Shown here one piece after another: positions 42,512-55,329 of a DNA stretch of 64,000 nt (within the stretch, counting starts at the first letter, position 1; every line of letters starts with the position of its first letter). Origin of the DNA: Cyanophora paradoxa CCMP329 (Eukaryota > Plantae > Glaucophyta); the NCBI GenBank assembly GCA_004431415.1, contig QPMI01000563.1, positions 163,627-227,626 on the forward strand, read 5' to 3'. The notes beneath the pieces were generated by a model. The model worked only from the letters and a program-made list of their open reading frames with translations. It ran no database searches and had not been told where the DNA came from. Made by a program: the position numbers and the translations under genes.

Positions 42512-42740
42512 AACCTGTTCTGGGATCATAGAACTTCTTAGCAATCTTCGACTCTTTTGGTGCTGTCTCAGCTGGGAGGGTCTCTGGAATTAATTGCTTG
42601 ACCATCTCTGATCTTTTTAATATTCGACTGCTCTTCTCCTCCACTGGAACTGTGATGGGCAGAATATTCCCTCGATCTTCAATTGCTTCTTTTCTAACAA
42701 TTCTGGGTGGTTGTCTCAATCCTATTTGTGTAGAAGGCAT
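42512..42740 (-). pseudogene. N-terminal part of the rve integrase
   Basis: MPSTQ...KKFYDPRTG rejoins YKGFTAMRQE once the insertion and one TSD copy are removed (Polinton integrase YDP..G..G motif). Confidence 0.88.
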
Positions 42741-42923
42741 CTTTACCTTATCTCTCATATAATAAATGCAAGACTCTGTGTGGAAGGAGAACACAATTCC
42801 CAACTACTTTGCAATTGAGCCCAATGATCCAGGATTAAGATGTATATGGCTGCTGCATTTAATTCGCGGTTTGTTACTTCTTGGAGAGCGAAACCAAAGA
42901 AAAAGAAAGATTGATGAAGTAGA

Positions 42924-45900
42924 TTAGAGCCCAAATGGAATGCTGTGAATTCCATCGTCTAATATCTTCCTTTTGCTATCGAGTTGGTTTAGAGCCACCC
43001 TTCTGCTCTCCAAATCATATAGGTTGTGGTCTTGTCTTCGCTTGTTTACTACTGCTACTGTTTTGGTGATTCCTTCAAACAAGCATCTTTTGAAATCATC
43101 AAAGTGAACCTCTTTGGAGGAAGTCCCAGACATTTTTATTTTATCAAAGGTCTCAGTTCTGAAAGCATAGAGTTTCGATCTCAGACCTACATACTCCACA
43201 ATCTTTGCATTGGGAAACTCGTTTTTATATTTACCTGGAATCAAGCGATTTCTCCTATCATAGAGAGGGTGGGCAGTATCATAATTACTGCAATCCAGGT
43301 GTTCAGAAATTCGCTTCATCTCATTATTTAGATCATTTGTATGCAGCAGTAGACAGAAAGAATCTGTATCATGGAATAGTAGCTCTGCTGTTTCCCAAGT
43401 TCTCCTCACCACATCATAAAAGAACCTGCTATTATGGAGTTTCGCGAAATCCAGCACAAAAGCACCAATTGCAACAGGTTTATCTAAGTGAACATGCTTT
43501 GAGTACATCTCAAAGGCAACAGCTTTTTCGTTTAATACATTGGTTGCCTTGATGAGTGGACTTGCAGCATATTTCTTGCAGAGTTTCTCACTGTTAGCAA
43601 TCTTAACCACAGAGCGACCCCTGCATGATTCGAGGCATTTACCATAGATTGCATTGTTCATTAATTTAAAGAAGTCACTCTCGAATCTGGACATAGATTG
43701 GCGCCTCAGTTTCGTATTTAGATCAATATAACTCTTCATAAATGCAGAGGTTGCAAATGAGAGAACCCTGTGAACCTTCGTGATTATAATACCTTTGCTC
43801 ACAAGATAGATCAAGAGAGGTTGGGAAATCACATAGTTGTTTTTGGGCGAGAATGTTGCTGTGAGTTTGGGGTCTTTGCTTATCTTCTCACCTGTGATAT
43901 CCAGTAGTTTTTGTTGATACCACCCAGCATTTCGGTGGTGACATGTTCTTTATTAACTACAAGTGGAAAATCGTAATGATCTGTGAGAGTTTGTGGTATT
44001 CCAGGTCAACTTCAATAAAGGCACTTCGTCCTTGGGTCTCTTTAAGTGCCTCTGTGACATCTTCCCAACGAAAATCTCCAATGGGCAGTTCTTGAATGAG
44101 AGCATAACCATACAGATTATTTGCATCCAAGAGAACTATATGGTCATCTGGGTTTTCCACCTTTGCATATCGAGTAGGCATTGTAGCAAACCCACCTCGA
44201 ATTGCCCTCTCAATAAATTCGTATTGCCCTACATCACTGATCTGCTCGATCTTTGCTCTGGTGTAAATTAGCATTGCATCCCAGGACAATCCAGGAGCCG
44301 AAACATAATGGGCAGGATCTAATCCATATTGGGAAAACGCCAATTCTCGGAATTTCTGGAATTTACCCATTAGATCACTTGCATCCACTGCCTGGAAGTC
44401 CATGAAGTGCGAAGCATCTATGAATTTCCACATGCCCATTGCAGAGAGAGGTATTGATCGAAATTCTTGCTCAGGATCTCAACACGAAGTTTATCATCTT
44501 GCTGTGCAATTTTGCGGAATATTTCGTGTCCACATTCATCCATGTGATCCACCACAATTGCTACTTTCGTTTGCTTTGAGATTCTCCTGTGGAGGTTGCA
44601 GTTTCGGCATGCTTTTCCAATAAAAGCTCCTGATTGATGACAATGGTCTCTCACTGGGAAATTCTCATGGGTAAATCGTTCAGCACAGATATAACAGTGT
44701 TTAGTGATCTTGTATTGTGCTTTCTGCTCCTCTGTGAGTGGATGCATGGGAATATTGGTGAATAGAGTGCGAATTACTTGGGGTCTGATCTCTGTGAGAG
44801 TGGTAAACAGAGCACCAAGGGGATCTGATCCATCAAAATAATGAGAGATCACCTCATCCCCCATCACAACTGTTAGAGAAACCGATTTTACCTCTCTCTT
44901 ACTGCGGTTCTCATCAATTGGAACCGAGTGACTATCCATTTTCACATAGCAGATAGCGGGAAGCCACACAGTTTTGCGAAGGTGTTGCAGACCAAATGCA
45001 ATGTGACTTCCAGATTTCGGGCATTTACCTTTGCTCTCCCTCCAATCAATGCAGCGATTCGCTTCTATATGTACATCCAGCTTCTCCTGAGTTCTGAAAC
45101 GAGACAGACAGGTCTCACAGTAATAAATGCGACCATCATGGGCTTTATCAAAGGTGGTTTTCAGAAGTCTACTCAGAGACATGATGGTGATATAATGCCC
45201 TCTATCATCCTCTTCGTTTCGATTAATAAAAGGTTAATCTTGGTCTTTCTCCTGGGGTTGCTGGATTGGTGGAGAGGATAGAAACACTGTGCAGTATTAT
45301 CTGCCCCATAAATGTTGATACTCAGTTCAGGGTTCTGCTCCTCAAATCGATCAATCACCTCTGCATCACAGGCAACTGGAAATTGGATGCCCTCGAAATT
45401 GAGTTCGTTCAACCATCTTCTATACTGGCTGGGTTCATTGCTCTTGTGTTTATTAATATCATTTCGGTGCAGGTAAGCCAAGATTGCATACTTGAAGCAG
45501 TCTTGACCATCAATATTCTTCACATTCACAGTTGCTCTCTTTAATCCAATCCACTCAGGTGTTGAGAAGAAGCAACCACCCACAGGAGCATAGGACATTA
45601 TTACTACTCTGAGCATCTCAATGCGATCCAGTCTGTAACTGTCAACTTGCATCATCTGCTCCTGCATGGATTGAAGGGCATTTCGCAGTTCAACATCAAT
45701 ATTTCGTGATCTTGTGATGACAAAGTAATCACTGTAAATGAATTTGGTGATCCACACCCTTGGATCACTCACTTTGGTGAATTTACAAATGAAGGTCAAC
45801 CGAGTCTTAATTGCTCTCAGGTCTTGGAGTTTCTGTCTGAGTCTCTGAGGTAGAGTGGGTGCAATTCTCTCCAAGAATTCAATCCCATCTTGGATAACCT

Positions 45901-46201
45901 CCCCTCTTGCTCGATAGGTTAACCAAGAATATGCTTTGTTCATTGCTTCCCCATCCTCAATCTCGGGTTCAATTGTTCCCAACCTTAAACCTTCATCCCT
46001 GAATTCCTCCATTTTCTCAAAACGATCATAGAGGCGATTTGTAATTTCTGTGAGTTGAGATAACCTTGGTCTCCTATCCAAGATTGCTGCCTGGCGATCA
46101 TATTCGAATTCTGTAATATCACCAGTAACTAAAAGGGTTCCTAAAAGACCGAGTATTTCGTTTTTCTTCTCTTTGATGATTCTATTGGATTGGCGGGGCA
46201 T
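42924..46201 (-). CDS. polB: Protein-primed family B DNA polymerase (frameshifted), with vOTU-like and endonuclease VII-like domains
   Basis: DANNLYG, KLMNNAIYGK, DTDS and GLRSKLY polymerase motifs; N-terminal DCFKYAILA...GHY; CYIC...RDHCH..G...G..C..CN. Confidence 0.93.
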
Positions 46202-46257
46202 CTTTTACTTTAAGGGAACATATTATTTTTGGGCATTTTAAACGCATTTCCCATTTT

Positions 46258-46449
46258 TCAGGTTCTGATAATTCGCACATTCGTGCCTTTGGGGACATAT
46301 ACATTTACTGTGTCGAGTCTGCTTGCATAAACACGCTTCTTTTGATAGGGTCTACCGTTAATTGCTTTGATCTTTGCAATATAATCCGCCACCTCTGCAA
46401 TATCATTCTTTTCGACAAGCTGCCGCCGAATTTCATCGAAATAATCCAT
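46258..46449 (-). CDS. Small hypothetical protein
   Basis: 63-aa ORF with ATG in an A-rich context upstream of pPolB. Confidence 0.45.
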   Translation of the reverse strand: MDYFDEIRRQLVEKNDIAEVADYIAKIKAINGRPYQKKRVYASRLDTVNVYVPKGTNVRIIRT

Positions 46450-46598
46450 TTTCTGTCTTAGTCAAGTGAAACACGCAACGATCCCTTAAATCGCCAGTCA
46501 ATTTTTGTCACAACACACCGATTTCCGATACGTTTTGATATCCTTCGATTATTCTTCGGAAAAGTGATCGACCCACAGGGGGGAGTCTGTGGTTAATT

Positions 46599-46737
46599 GG
46601 GTGTGACGGGTGTGACAGGTGTGACACCTATTTTCAAACTTTTTAAACTTTTTAAAAATCCTCAGACTCCTGAAAACACCTGTCACACCTGTCACACCCG
46701 TCACAGTCAATTAAAATACCTGTCACACCTGTCACAC
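46599..46737. promoter_or_regulatory. Internal copy of the TIR iteron module (candidate replication origin)
   Basis: GGTGTGAC x3 / ctattttcaaactttt spacer / CCTGTCACA repeats, immediately downstream of the primase-helicase gene. Confidence 0.7.
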
Positions 46738-46803
46738 AAACCATTTACAGTAAGGGTTTTAAAAAATTAGAAATTCACAGTATAAGTATTGATTCCGTTT
46801 TAT

Positions 46804-49165
46804 TTACTCATCCCCAACCTCCTCATCACTGTCATCCATCAATCTGCGACCATGCTTCTTTATGATCCCAAAGTAACCACGGCAAAGTACACCATTCACT
46901 CGTTTTCTGTCAGACTTCACATTAAAGACTTCGCGAAGTCTCTTCATAATGGTGCAATCTGAGATTTTCTCATCAGATTTGCCCATGTGGTCTCTCTTGA
47001 AGTCACTCATGATGGACTCACTTGTAGTGAAATCGCCTTGACTCTTGGTGAGTTCATAATTCTCTCGAATCCACTCTCCAATCTTGTCATTCTCATTGAA
47101 ATACTCCATACCTTGATCAACAATGGACTGGGAGGTTTGGTGACGAATGTATTGAGAGAATGGGTTCTCCACATTTCCAGGAGAATGGACATATGCGCCA
47201 TTTTATAATCATCATCATTCTTCATGAGGCGCATGAGAGTGGTGTCTGCCTTCTTCTCACCAGGTTGAGGTTCCACCTTGAAGACATTTTCGAATCGGTA
47301 GTAGATAATTCGCCTTTGGATTGCTGCATCTGGTTTACTGATTCCCAGATTGTCATTTGTAGACAAGAACAACTGGAACATGGGAATGAATGTTACAAGA
47401 TCTTTGAATAGAGTTCGAACCTTCATCTCATTCCCACCAGTAACTTGTTTGATTTTGTTCAGTTGAAGCATATCACCATCTTCTGCTTCATTACTGAAAA
47501 CAATTCGTTTACCAAGGATGCAAGCGAGTTCTGGGGAAGCCTCTGATGAACTCTTCTTGGGTTTCGTCCAATAGGTCATATCCAGTGACCCATAGTATTC
47601 ACCAAATGTGTCTTTCACCAACTCTTGGAGCAGAGATTTCCCATTTGCTCCAATTCCAGTCCAACAAGTGTATCTCTGATTTTCTGTCAAACCACTCAGG
47701 GCATAGGCGATTAATCCCAACATAAATTCGCGGTCTGTATCCGATTCAATAATATCTGCATAGATGGACTTAATCTTTGCAACCTTCTCTTGGTCGATTT
47801 CTGTGGTATAATCGTAGCCAACAGTCTTGCTCACCATATCATCTGGGAGTCCCTGTCGAAAAGTCATGGAGTTCAAGTCAAATACACCATTTGTGAATCC
47901 TATGATGTTGGGAACAGTATCAAGTCTCTCGAAAAGGTCTTGTCACTGAACAGAACTGAAAGATCAGACATAAGTGCAGTTCTGTATGTAGTCTGTTTGA
48001 GGCTCTTAGCAATTCCCAGCAGAATCTTTGACCTTTCCTCCAAGGAATTGCGGTTCTCTTCATCACGAAGAGCTCTCTGTGCGAGTTGAACAGAACGTTG
48101 AAGATAAACTGGACAGACCTTGCAGCTCAAACAGAGAAAGATTCGCTTCCCAGTTTCATCCAACTCCCAAATCCCACATATATCATTGAACTTGAACCAG
48201 GTCTTGTTGGAATACTTGTATTTGTCTTGCAGAACAAGATAGGCAACCTGTGCAACATCATAATGGGCACCATCAGATCCAGCAGACCGATCAATCAGAT
48301 TTTCGATCTTCACATCTGTCTCTTCCTTCACACGAACAGTGATGCTTCGCTTCTTGCAGTTTGCACTGTAACTCGAAACAATGTACTTGTCTTTCTCCTT
48401 CCCTTGAATAATATACCAATTGTTTGAGTCATGGCTTCCCTTGCAGCAGGGACAGATCAGACCTTTGTTCTCAGCAGTGAAATTGTATCCCATCTTGGTC
48501 TCATTGATGATTGTGGGCAAGATGAAACCGAATTCTTCGAGTTTAGAAAGAATGTGTTTCTGCAAATTCTCCTCAATGCTCCTCACAATATAAGAATGTG
48601 CACCTTTGGGGAATTCGTAGTTGTCAACAATCCACTTTTGCAACTCAGCAGTGGGTTCATTTAACTCACACTCAGATGCCCATGGCTCTCTGATCCAGGT
48701 TTTGTTGGGACTGGGACAAACATTAATTACCCCAGCAGTCCCAGTGGATGCAATTGTTTTGCAATCGATCTTGGGGTTTCCTTTGAATGCACCCGCTTTA
48801 TCCCAGATCTTAATGGTGTCGAATTCAGCAGGTCGAGCGAAGAATGCATGATATCCTTTTTTGGTTTTAGCAAGAGGATTGACACCACCGAAATCATCAG
48901 GGAATTGCTCCTCGAATTTGGCGAAATCCTCCTCTTGGTCAAAGTCAATTACCATGATATTACGAGCGAGAATGCCCCAAGCAGTATACTTACCGGATTT
49001 CAGGGCTTCATCGAATTTATCCCAATTCCAGGCTCCGTCTTTATGAGCGAAAAGGGGTTTTTTGGTATCAGGATCAACAGGAATTACGAGATTCTCAGAC
49101 AGGACATCGTCTTCACGAAGCCAGTCAACAAGGCGTTTCAGGGATTTCTTGGCGGCAGCGTTCAT
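46804..49165 (-). CDS. Prim-Pol (bifunctional primase-polymerase) fused to a D5-like SF3 helicase (two frameshifts)
   Basis: GILARNIMVIDFD, TKKGYHAFF, IDCKT; CPCC...H zinc finger; Walker A GIGANGKS, NEAE, STN; probable C-terminal winged helix. Confidence 0.9.
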
Positions 49166-49358
49166 TTCGAAAATCGGGGGCTTCTTATACTTAATGGAGA
49201 AATTAATTTCTCCGGATCCTTGTCATTTTTTGGCGCCTAACCTTTAAATACCTTTGGGTTTTCCGATTGGCGCTCGATATATGGTAATGATCCATCGAAA
49301 CGTCGATTGATCATGGTAACAAAAAGGATTCAGCGGATATTTGGGACTTTGGGGCGGT

Positions 49359-49586
49359 TCAGTATTTCCTGGGACGACCAACTGGGCGTTTTACTGGATT
49401 ATTGGGATCCATCTCAGCAGCTTTCCTGCGATAATATCGTTCCAGTGCCTTTTTACGATATAATTCACGAAACTCCTCATCTTGATAGCGTTTCTGGAAG
49501 TACAAGCGGTCATACAACCTTTTCCTCTCATTGGGATCCATTTCGCTCATTGCAAGTTCGAATTCGACCACAGATTCAGTTTCCAT
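49359..49586 (-). CDS. Small basic AT-hook-like protein
   Basis: YRKKALERYYRRK...KRPVGRPRKY. Confidence 0.65.
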   Translation of the reverse strand: METESVVEFELAMSEMDPNERKRLYDRLYFQKRYQDEEFRELYRKKALERYYRRKAAEMDPNNPVKRPVGRPRKY

Positions 49587-49787
49587 TTGATATGTTCCTT
49601 ATAATGGGACGAGAAAATAATTTGTCCGGGTTCACCAATCAAACACACCTTACCCTTAAATCCCTTGTCATTTTTTGCAGATCGAGACCAGTTCCTGTCT
49701 ACGCTTTTTTATTGCGGCTTCGGATGCATATTCAGCGGATTTCCTGTCAAGGAGAGCATAGATCTCAGAGAGACTGAGCATTCGATA

Positions 49788-50021
49788 TTAATTACCGAGA
49801 TTTAATTTTGGATCTGTGAAAGATACAGAGCGTCGCCTCACAGTCTCTGTTTTAATATGCTCCTCGAAATCCACCGAGTCTGTGGATAATCTCCTACCAC
49901 CAGATCCGTGGCTTTCAGTATCTGAAAACTCGATTTCGACTTTGGTTTCACAGCAGCCACTGTGACAATTGCTCACAATGTGGAGATTAAACATCTCTAT
50001 GATTTTTCGCAAGAAATCCAT
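49788..50021 (-). CDS. Conserved small Cys-containing protein
   Basis: Orthologue of 1623-1895. Confidence 0.65.
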   Translation of the reverse strand: MDFLRKIIEMFNLHIVSNCHSGCCETKVEIEFSDTESHGSGGRRLSTDSVDFEEHIKTETVRRRSVSFTDPKLNLGN

Positions 50022-50048
50022 GATGCTCTCTCTCTTAATGCGAGATAA

Positions 50049-50779
50049 TTAAAGCCATACTCGTCGTTTATATACTGTTGGGGCAACACCTTTATCGACC
50101 TCTGATTTGGTAGCACCAGGTTCAATGGTGCCCTTCTGGGTTTGGTCTTCATCTCATCAACTGCCTGCTCATCGATTTGAGTTTCTTTCTTACCAATGAA
50201 TTGCTTATCTGGGAGACCAGTGATTCCCATTCTGTACACCTCCTTTCGCAGCATCTCCTTCAATTTCGCTCTCTCTTTCTTCTCAGAGACATACTGTTCG
50301 AGAGCACTCGATTTCGCTTCCAGATCTTTCAGTTTCGCAGTCATTTCGTCCCATTGGGCTTTGGGAATTCGATGAATATTCTGTGTAGGTGCGACCTTGT
50401 AGGTGACCTCACCAGCCATGGATTGAATTACCTTGTCTGATTCTTTGGAGACACCTTCACCTTTGCGAGCCAGTGAGAGATCTTGCAGACCCAGTCCTTT
50501 ATCATCAGCAGCACCAATAATTCGACGAGCACCTTCACCAACTGCCTTCATCTTAGAGGTTTCGGGCGAAATATTGAGTTGATCACTGGTGGATGCTTGG
50601 GCGCTTTATCATCTGGTGATTCTTCGTAAGCAGCATTAAGGGATCCTCCTGTTGCTGTGATGCTTTCACTTCATTGACACCATTGAATTTCATGGATCTG
50701 TGTTAATAGAACCGGTTCCAGAGGATGCAGAATATGACATAGCACCAGCAGGAACACCAACTTTGCGTTTGGAAGGCAT
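50049..50779 (-). CDS. Conserved Lys/Glu-rich protein (frameshifted)
   Basis: Orthologue of 1918-2652. Confidence 0.72.
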
Positions 50780-50807
50780 TGTATATTTATTAGAAGCAGA
50801 GATTATT

Positions 50808-51588
50808 TTACAAACCTCTCTTATATCGCATCAGTTTATTCGAATGAACACCACTCTTGACCTCTTTGGGGGCTTCCTCTTTCTGTGGAGGTGGTAATTC
50901 GTCCTCTTTCTTTTTGGGCTTCCTGTGGAACCGAGGAAATGGGAAATCTTTGACCAGATCCGCTTTATCAACATAATAGTTCACCGAATAATTCGCAGAA
51001 GACCACACAATATATTGGTAAGAGTGCACATACTCCTCAAACATCTTATAGAAATCGTCTTTGTTTCGCATGATATTGTATTCCTCCTCGATTGCTTCGA
51101 GCTCTTTGCGATTAGCAGCACTCAGGAACACAGCATAATCCGAATTTACTCGAATTGTTGAAGAAACCTTACGCAATTTCTGAGTTATGCAGATACAGGA
51201 TACTGCCGAGTGTCTTCCGCGATTGAAAACAGAGCCAACAATTTTATCGCGAGTTAAATCGACTAACTCATTATCTATTAAATCATCAAGACATACACAT
51301 TTGATTCACAGGTTCCCCTTTTTCGATTTTCTCCTGCCTTTCATCCAGTAATTTGGAAATATAAGCAGCATCCCATTTCCCGAGTTGCAATGTTGCAACT
51401 GCATCCCAGAAATGATTGAAGGACGTCCCACTCACTACAAGAACAGTATCAATCTTTTTCGCATCATGCAGCTGTTTCAACCAATATTTCACACATTCTG
51501 ACTTGCCTGTTGCAGACTTTCCTATGAAAAGAGCACGAAATGGTGGGTTAATCATTTCGCCTGCATTAAACTCTTCTAAATCGTTCAT
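50808..51588 (-). CDS. A32-type packaging ATPase (frameshifted)
   Basis: GKSATGKS. Orthologue of 2681-3463. Confidence 0.9.
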
Positions 51589-51650
51589 GGCTTTGTAGAT
51601 CTTTCTTATTAAAGATAGATAAAAATAACAAACTGTTACTGATAATGGTT

Positions 51651-53023
51651 TTACAGATTAATGCGACGAAGACCATCTTTGTCAACAATAATGAAACTGT
51701 GCATGAGAGCACGAACATTAACTGTGATTGTCTGGTCAGAAGGCATATATAGAGTAAGGAAAGAAGAGGAGGAGTTCGTGAGATCAACATAGCCAGACTG
51801 GGCAATGTTGCGAATCGCTTTCTCTCCATCAACACAGAATGGTAGACCACTGAGGACATATTTGTCTGCAACCTTGTCCATATTTGAGCACTTGAAGGCA
51901 TCCGCAATTAATTCGGCACCTTTGAGGAGAGGGATGGGCTCAGTAGCATAGAGACGTTGACCATTAATTTCAACAGTGAAAGTAATGTCTTTTGAGTTAG
52001 CATGCGTTTTTAGGACACTGTTGGAACCATTGAAACCATCAATACCTGCGGCATCACGAACTGAAACAAGAAGACCATAGACAAGACCAGAGATCTGTGA
52101 CAGGTTAATACGATTTGGTTGAGCATTGCCTTTTGCAGCAAAATTGACACTGTCAACAAAACCAATATCCAGAGCAGGAATAGCCATACCAGTGGTCTTC
52201 ACCTTCTCAATGACAGTAGCAAACAGTTCATCAGAAACATTAATAGCATGCATGTAAAGACGAGGAGAAGTGACTTTAATTTCGGGGTTGTTGTTGCACC
52301 AATTCCAAAAGTGGTGATTTGTTGACCAACATGGGCAAGAGTAGCATTAGCAGTAGCACCAAGTCCATCATCTTCTGTCTTATCAGCAGCTGTTCCACCA
52401 ACAACAGGAAGAGCACGACCACCATAAGAAGTCTCGACATAACCCTTTCCAGCATCCTTGAACCAGACAGTTACCACCATTTCTCCTGAGAGAGCACCAA
52501 GAGGTAGGTAGTGGTTTAGCCATGGGACTGGGATTTCAGTGAAAAATGACCCACCAAGTCGGTTGGTTCCATGGGCAGGGATACCATGAACCATTCCCAT
52601 TGAACGCTTCTTCTTGGCGAGTTGATCCTCACTGTAATAGATAAGAGGGAAATGAGCAAGGAAATCAGAAGGCACATGGAAGGTGTAAGATCCATAGGTA
52701 ATTTCAAGTCGAGAGACAAGAGCACCAACTGGGCGAACGTATCCATTGCGAACAAGGTCGGTATCACCAGCAAAAGTGACAGCTGGAAGGTCAAACGCAA
52801 GTTCGAGTTTTCCACAGAAATTGTAGCGAGGGAGCTTGAAAGAAATGCGATTTCCAGCATTATTCTCGAAAGTGTTGCTTGGGTTCACAACAACAAGAAC
52901 TGGCTTCGACTTGGATTCAAGACCAAGCATGAGAGAGTTGTCCAAGAAGAACGCCTTGGCTTCTTCCGGGGTTGTTAGAGCTTCTTTCAGAGAAAGACGT
53001 TGGAGGGTCGAAGTAATATCCAT
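51651..53023 (-). CDS. Major capsid protein (one frameshift)
   Basis: Orthologue of 3528-4896. Confidence 0.78.
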
Positions 53024-53077
53024 GATTATCTCTTTTATTATACTGCAACATAAAAAATTCACCAATGATCCTTGATT

Positions 53078-54087
53078 TTACGCAAAATTCGCAATAACTG
53101 GATAAGATGGATGTGTTTCCGCCATTCTCCTCTTAAAGTATTCGTACACAGGATCACCAGCAGGTTCATCACCATATCGAATTTCGAAGGTGAGGTGGAC
53201 AGGTTGACCCTCGAAATCAATTGGTTCATTAACTGCATTCACAATATCAACCGAAAATGTGGAAAGTCCCAGATTCTTGTTATAGTATTTATAAATCGGA
53301 TGGGCTTCTGTCGAATTATAAACGACATGCTCACCATAATCTTTATCTGGAACAACGATTTTGTGGAAATATCCAGTGAGGAGACCATCACCACATTGAA
53401 CCAGATCACCCAACTCCTTTACTCTCACAAACAGAACACTATCCCTGGTCTTTTCAGGTTCAAATGAAGATATGATACCATGCACCATCGACCCAGTAAA
53501 GATACCATCAGTCAGAGTATTATAAACTTGTGATTGGATTGGGGTGTTACCATATCTCCCAGGATCAAGACCAAGCAGTCGAGCAGAACTCAAAAACCTC
53601 TGAATCTGCGCCTGGGTTGGGTTTATTGCAGTTGAGAAAGCCAGGTAAAACGGTATGGTGGAATGGAATATTACTCGTTTCAGTGTATCATCCCATTTAC
53701 AGCGAATTGCTACTGGTGGCTCTCTCAATGCAAGTTTGGAGTTAATTACATTCACCAGTTGTTGGTGGTTTTGAATGGGTGTGCTGCGACTTATCACAAT
53801 GTGCTTCCATTGCTCATAATCGGCAGCAGGTCGATCAGTTGGAATACCAGTGCTTCCTGCACCAGAATAATATTCAGACCAATAAAGGTAGATTGCATTA
53901 TCTATTGTCACATCTCCTACTTTGGTTTCACCACTCACCATGGAATGCTGTTATAGAATTCTGCTGAAACCAGTCTTACTGCTCTCACAAATTCATAGGT
54001 GCTGGGGAGGCGAGCAATAAAACTCGAAGTTGGTCCATCTCCCGAAATTGTATTGAAAGAGCTCACTTCGATGTAATCCACAGGCAT
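53078..54087 (-). CDS. Penton-like protein 1 (one frameshift)
   Basis: Orthologue of 4950-5960. Confidence 0.78.
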
Positions 54088-54115
54088 CTTCTTTTATCTA
54101 TAAACATATATTAAA

Positions 54116-55045
54116 ATGATTCGGCTGGTCAATATAGATAGCAGAGACCGATCAGATGGACAAATAGAAAACTCCTACAAAGTTTCACTCACAACCCCAG
54201 TGACCAAACCAAGAGAATGTCGAGTTTTGTATGCAGAGATCCCCAACAGCATCTATAATTCCATTGGAACAGACCACCTTCTTCTCAGATTCTTCTACCA
54301 AGGCATCTCTGAAACCAAACAGGTCTTCCTTCTCCAAGTGGTTATATTAATCAAGGGCATTTCGGGTCACCAGTCCATATAATTATGGTCTGAATTTCAC
54401 CTTTACTGGGAGCAACAATCTCACATATGCATTCAAGGTCTACTACAATCCTACCTCCTACAAGTTGGAGTTTTACAGTAATGTTCAATTCGAATTGGTA
54501 GCATCTACACAGCGATTGGGTAAACTTCTTGGGGTGAGTTCTGTTGATTGGGTCGCTTCAATTGAGCAAACCTACGATTTCCCAGAGTCTGCAAGGTCTT
54601 TATATGCCCAGAGAATTTCCTATATTTTGCAGGAGTACCAATCACCCCAAACCATCCCCAATGGGGAATAACATTCACAGGATATGAATTCGAGGCATCT
54701 CGCTTAAACTACAAGTTAGAAGCAGCCAAGATGACAGATATGAATGCAGAACAGTACTTGTACATGCACATTAAAGAACTCTCCCCATTTGCTACAAACC
54801 ACAATATTGTCCCACAATCTCAACCACAGAATCAAGGGGCGATTCTCAGATTGCAGTTAAGTAAAGATATTGGGCAGTATGTTTATCATAGTGGAGAGCA
54901 CAGTGAATACATAAAAATAACCGATCGAAACCTGGTGATTAGAGAGTTAACAGTTGAGTTTCGCGATTATTATGGTGATCTTGTTGATATGAATGGAATT
55001 GACAACTCATTCCAGTTGGAGTTTCTGGCTATTGGTAATGATTAA
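54116..55045 (+). CDS. Penton-like protein 2 (frameshifted)
   Basis: NIDSRDRS...DMNGIDNSFQLEF. Central part diverges from element A. Confidence 0.78.
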
Positions 55046-55057
55046 ACCGATTCAAAT

Positions 55058-55282
55058 TCACTGTTTCGAAAACATCCAGAAGGGGACTCTTGGATCTTCT
55101 GTATACCATTTGCGAATTGTCTTATCCCATTTAGCACCATTCTTTTTCAAGAAACTACAAAGGGTTGATCTCCTTGTAATTCGCAATCCCATCTCTTGGA
55201 AGATCTCATAATGCTCTTGGAGTTTCTTGACAATCAAGAAGTAATGCCCATAGTAATTGTAATACTGCTGGTTAATCGGCAT
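55058..55282 (-). CDS. Small protein with DUF5710-like GAKWD...KWY motif
   Basis: KKNGAKWDKTIRKWY; probable start MPINQQ at 55282. Confidence 0.5.
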   Translation of the reverse strand: MPINQQYYNYYGHYFLIVKKLQEHYEIFQEMGLRITRRSTLCSFLKKNGAKWDKTIRKWYTEDPRVPFWMFSKQ

Positions 55283-55329
55283 GTTTCCTTTACAGCATGA
55301 TGGGAAATCGTTTGTCAATTTTTGGCGAA

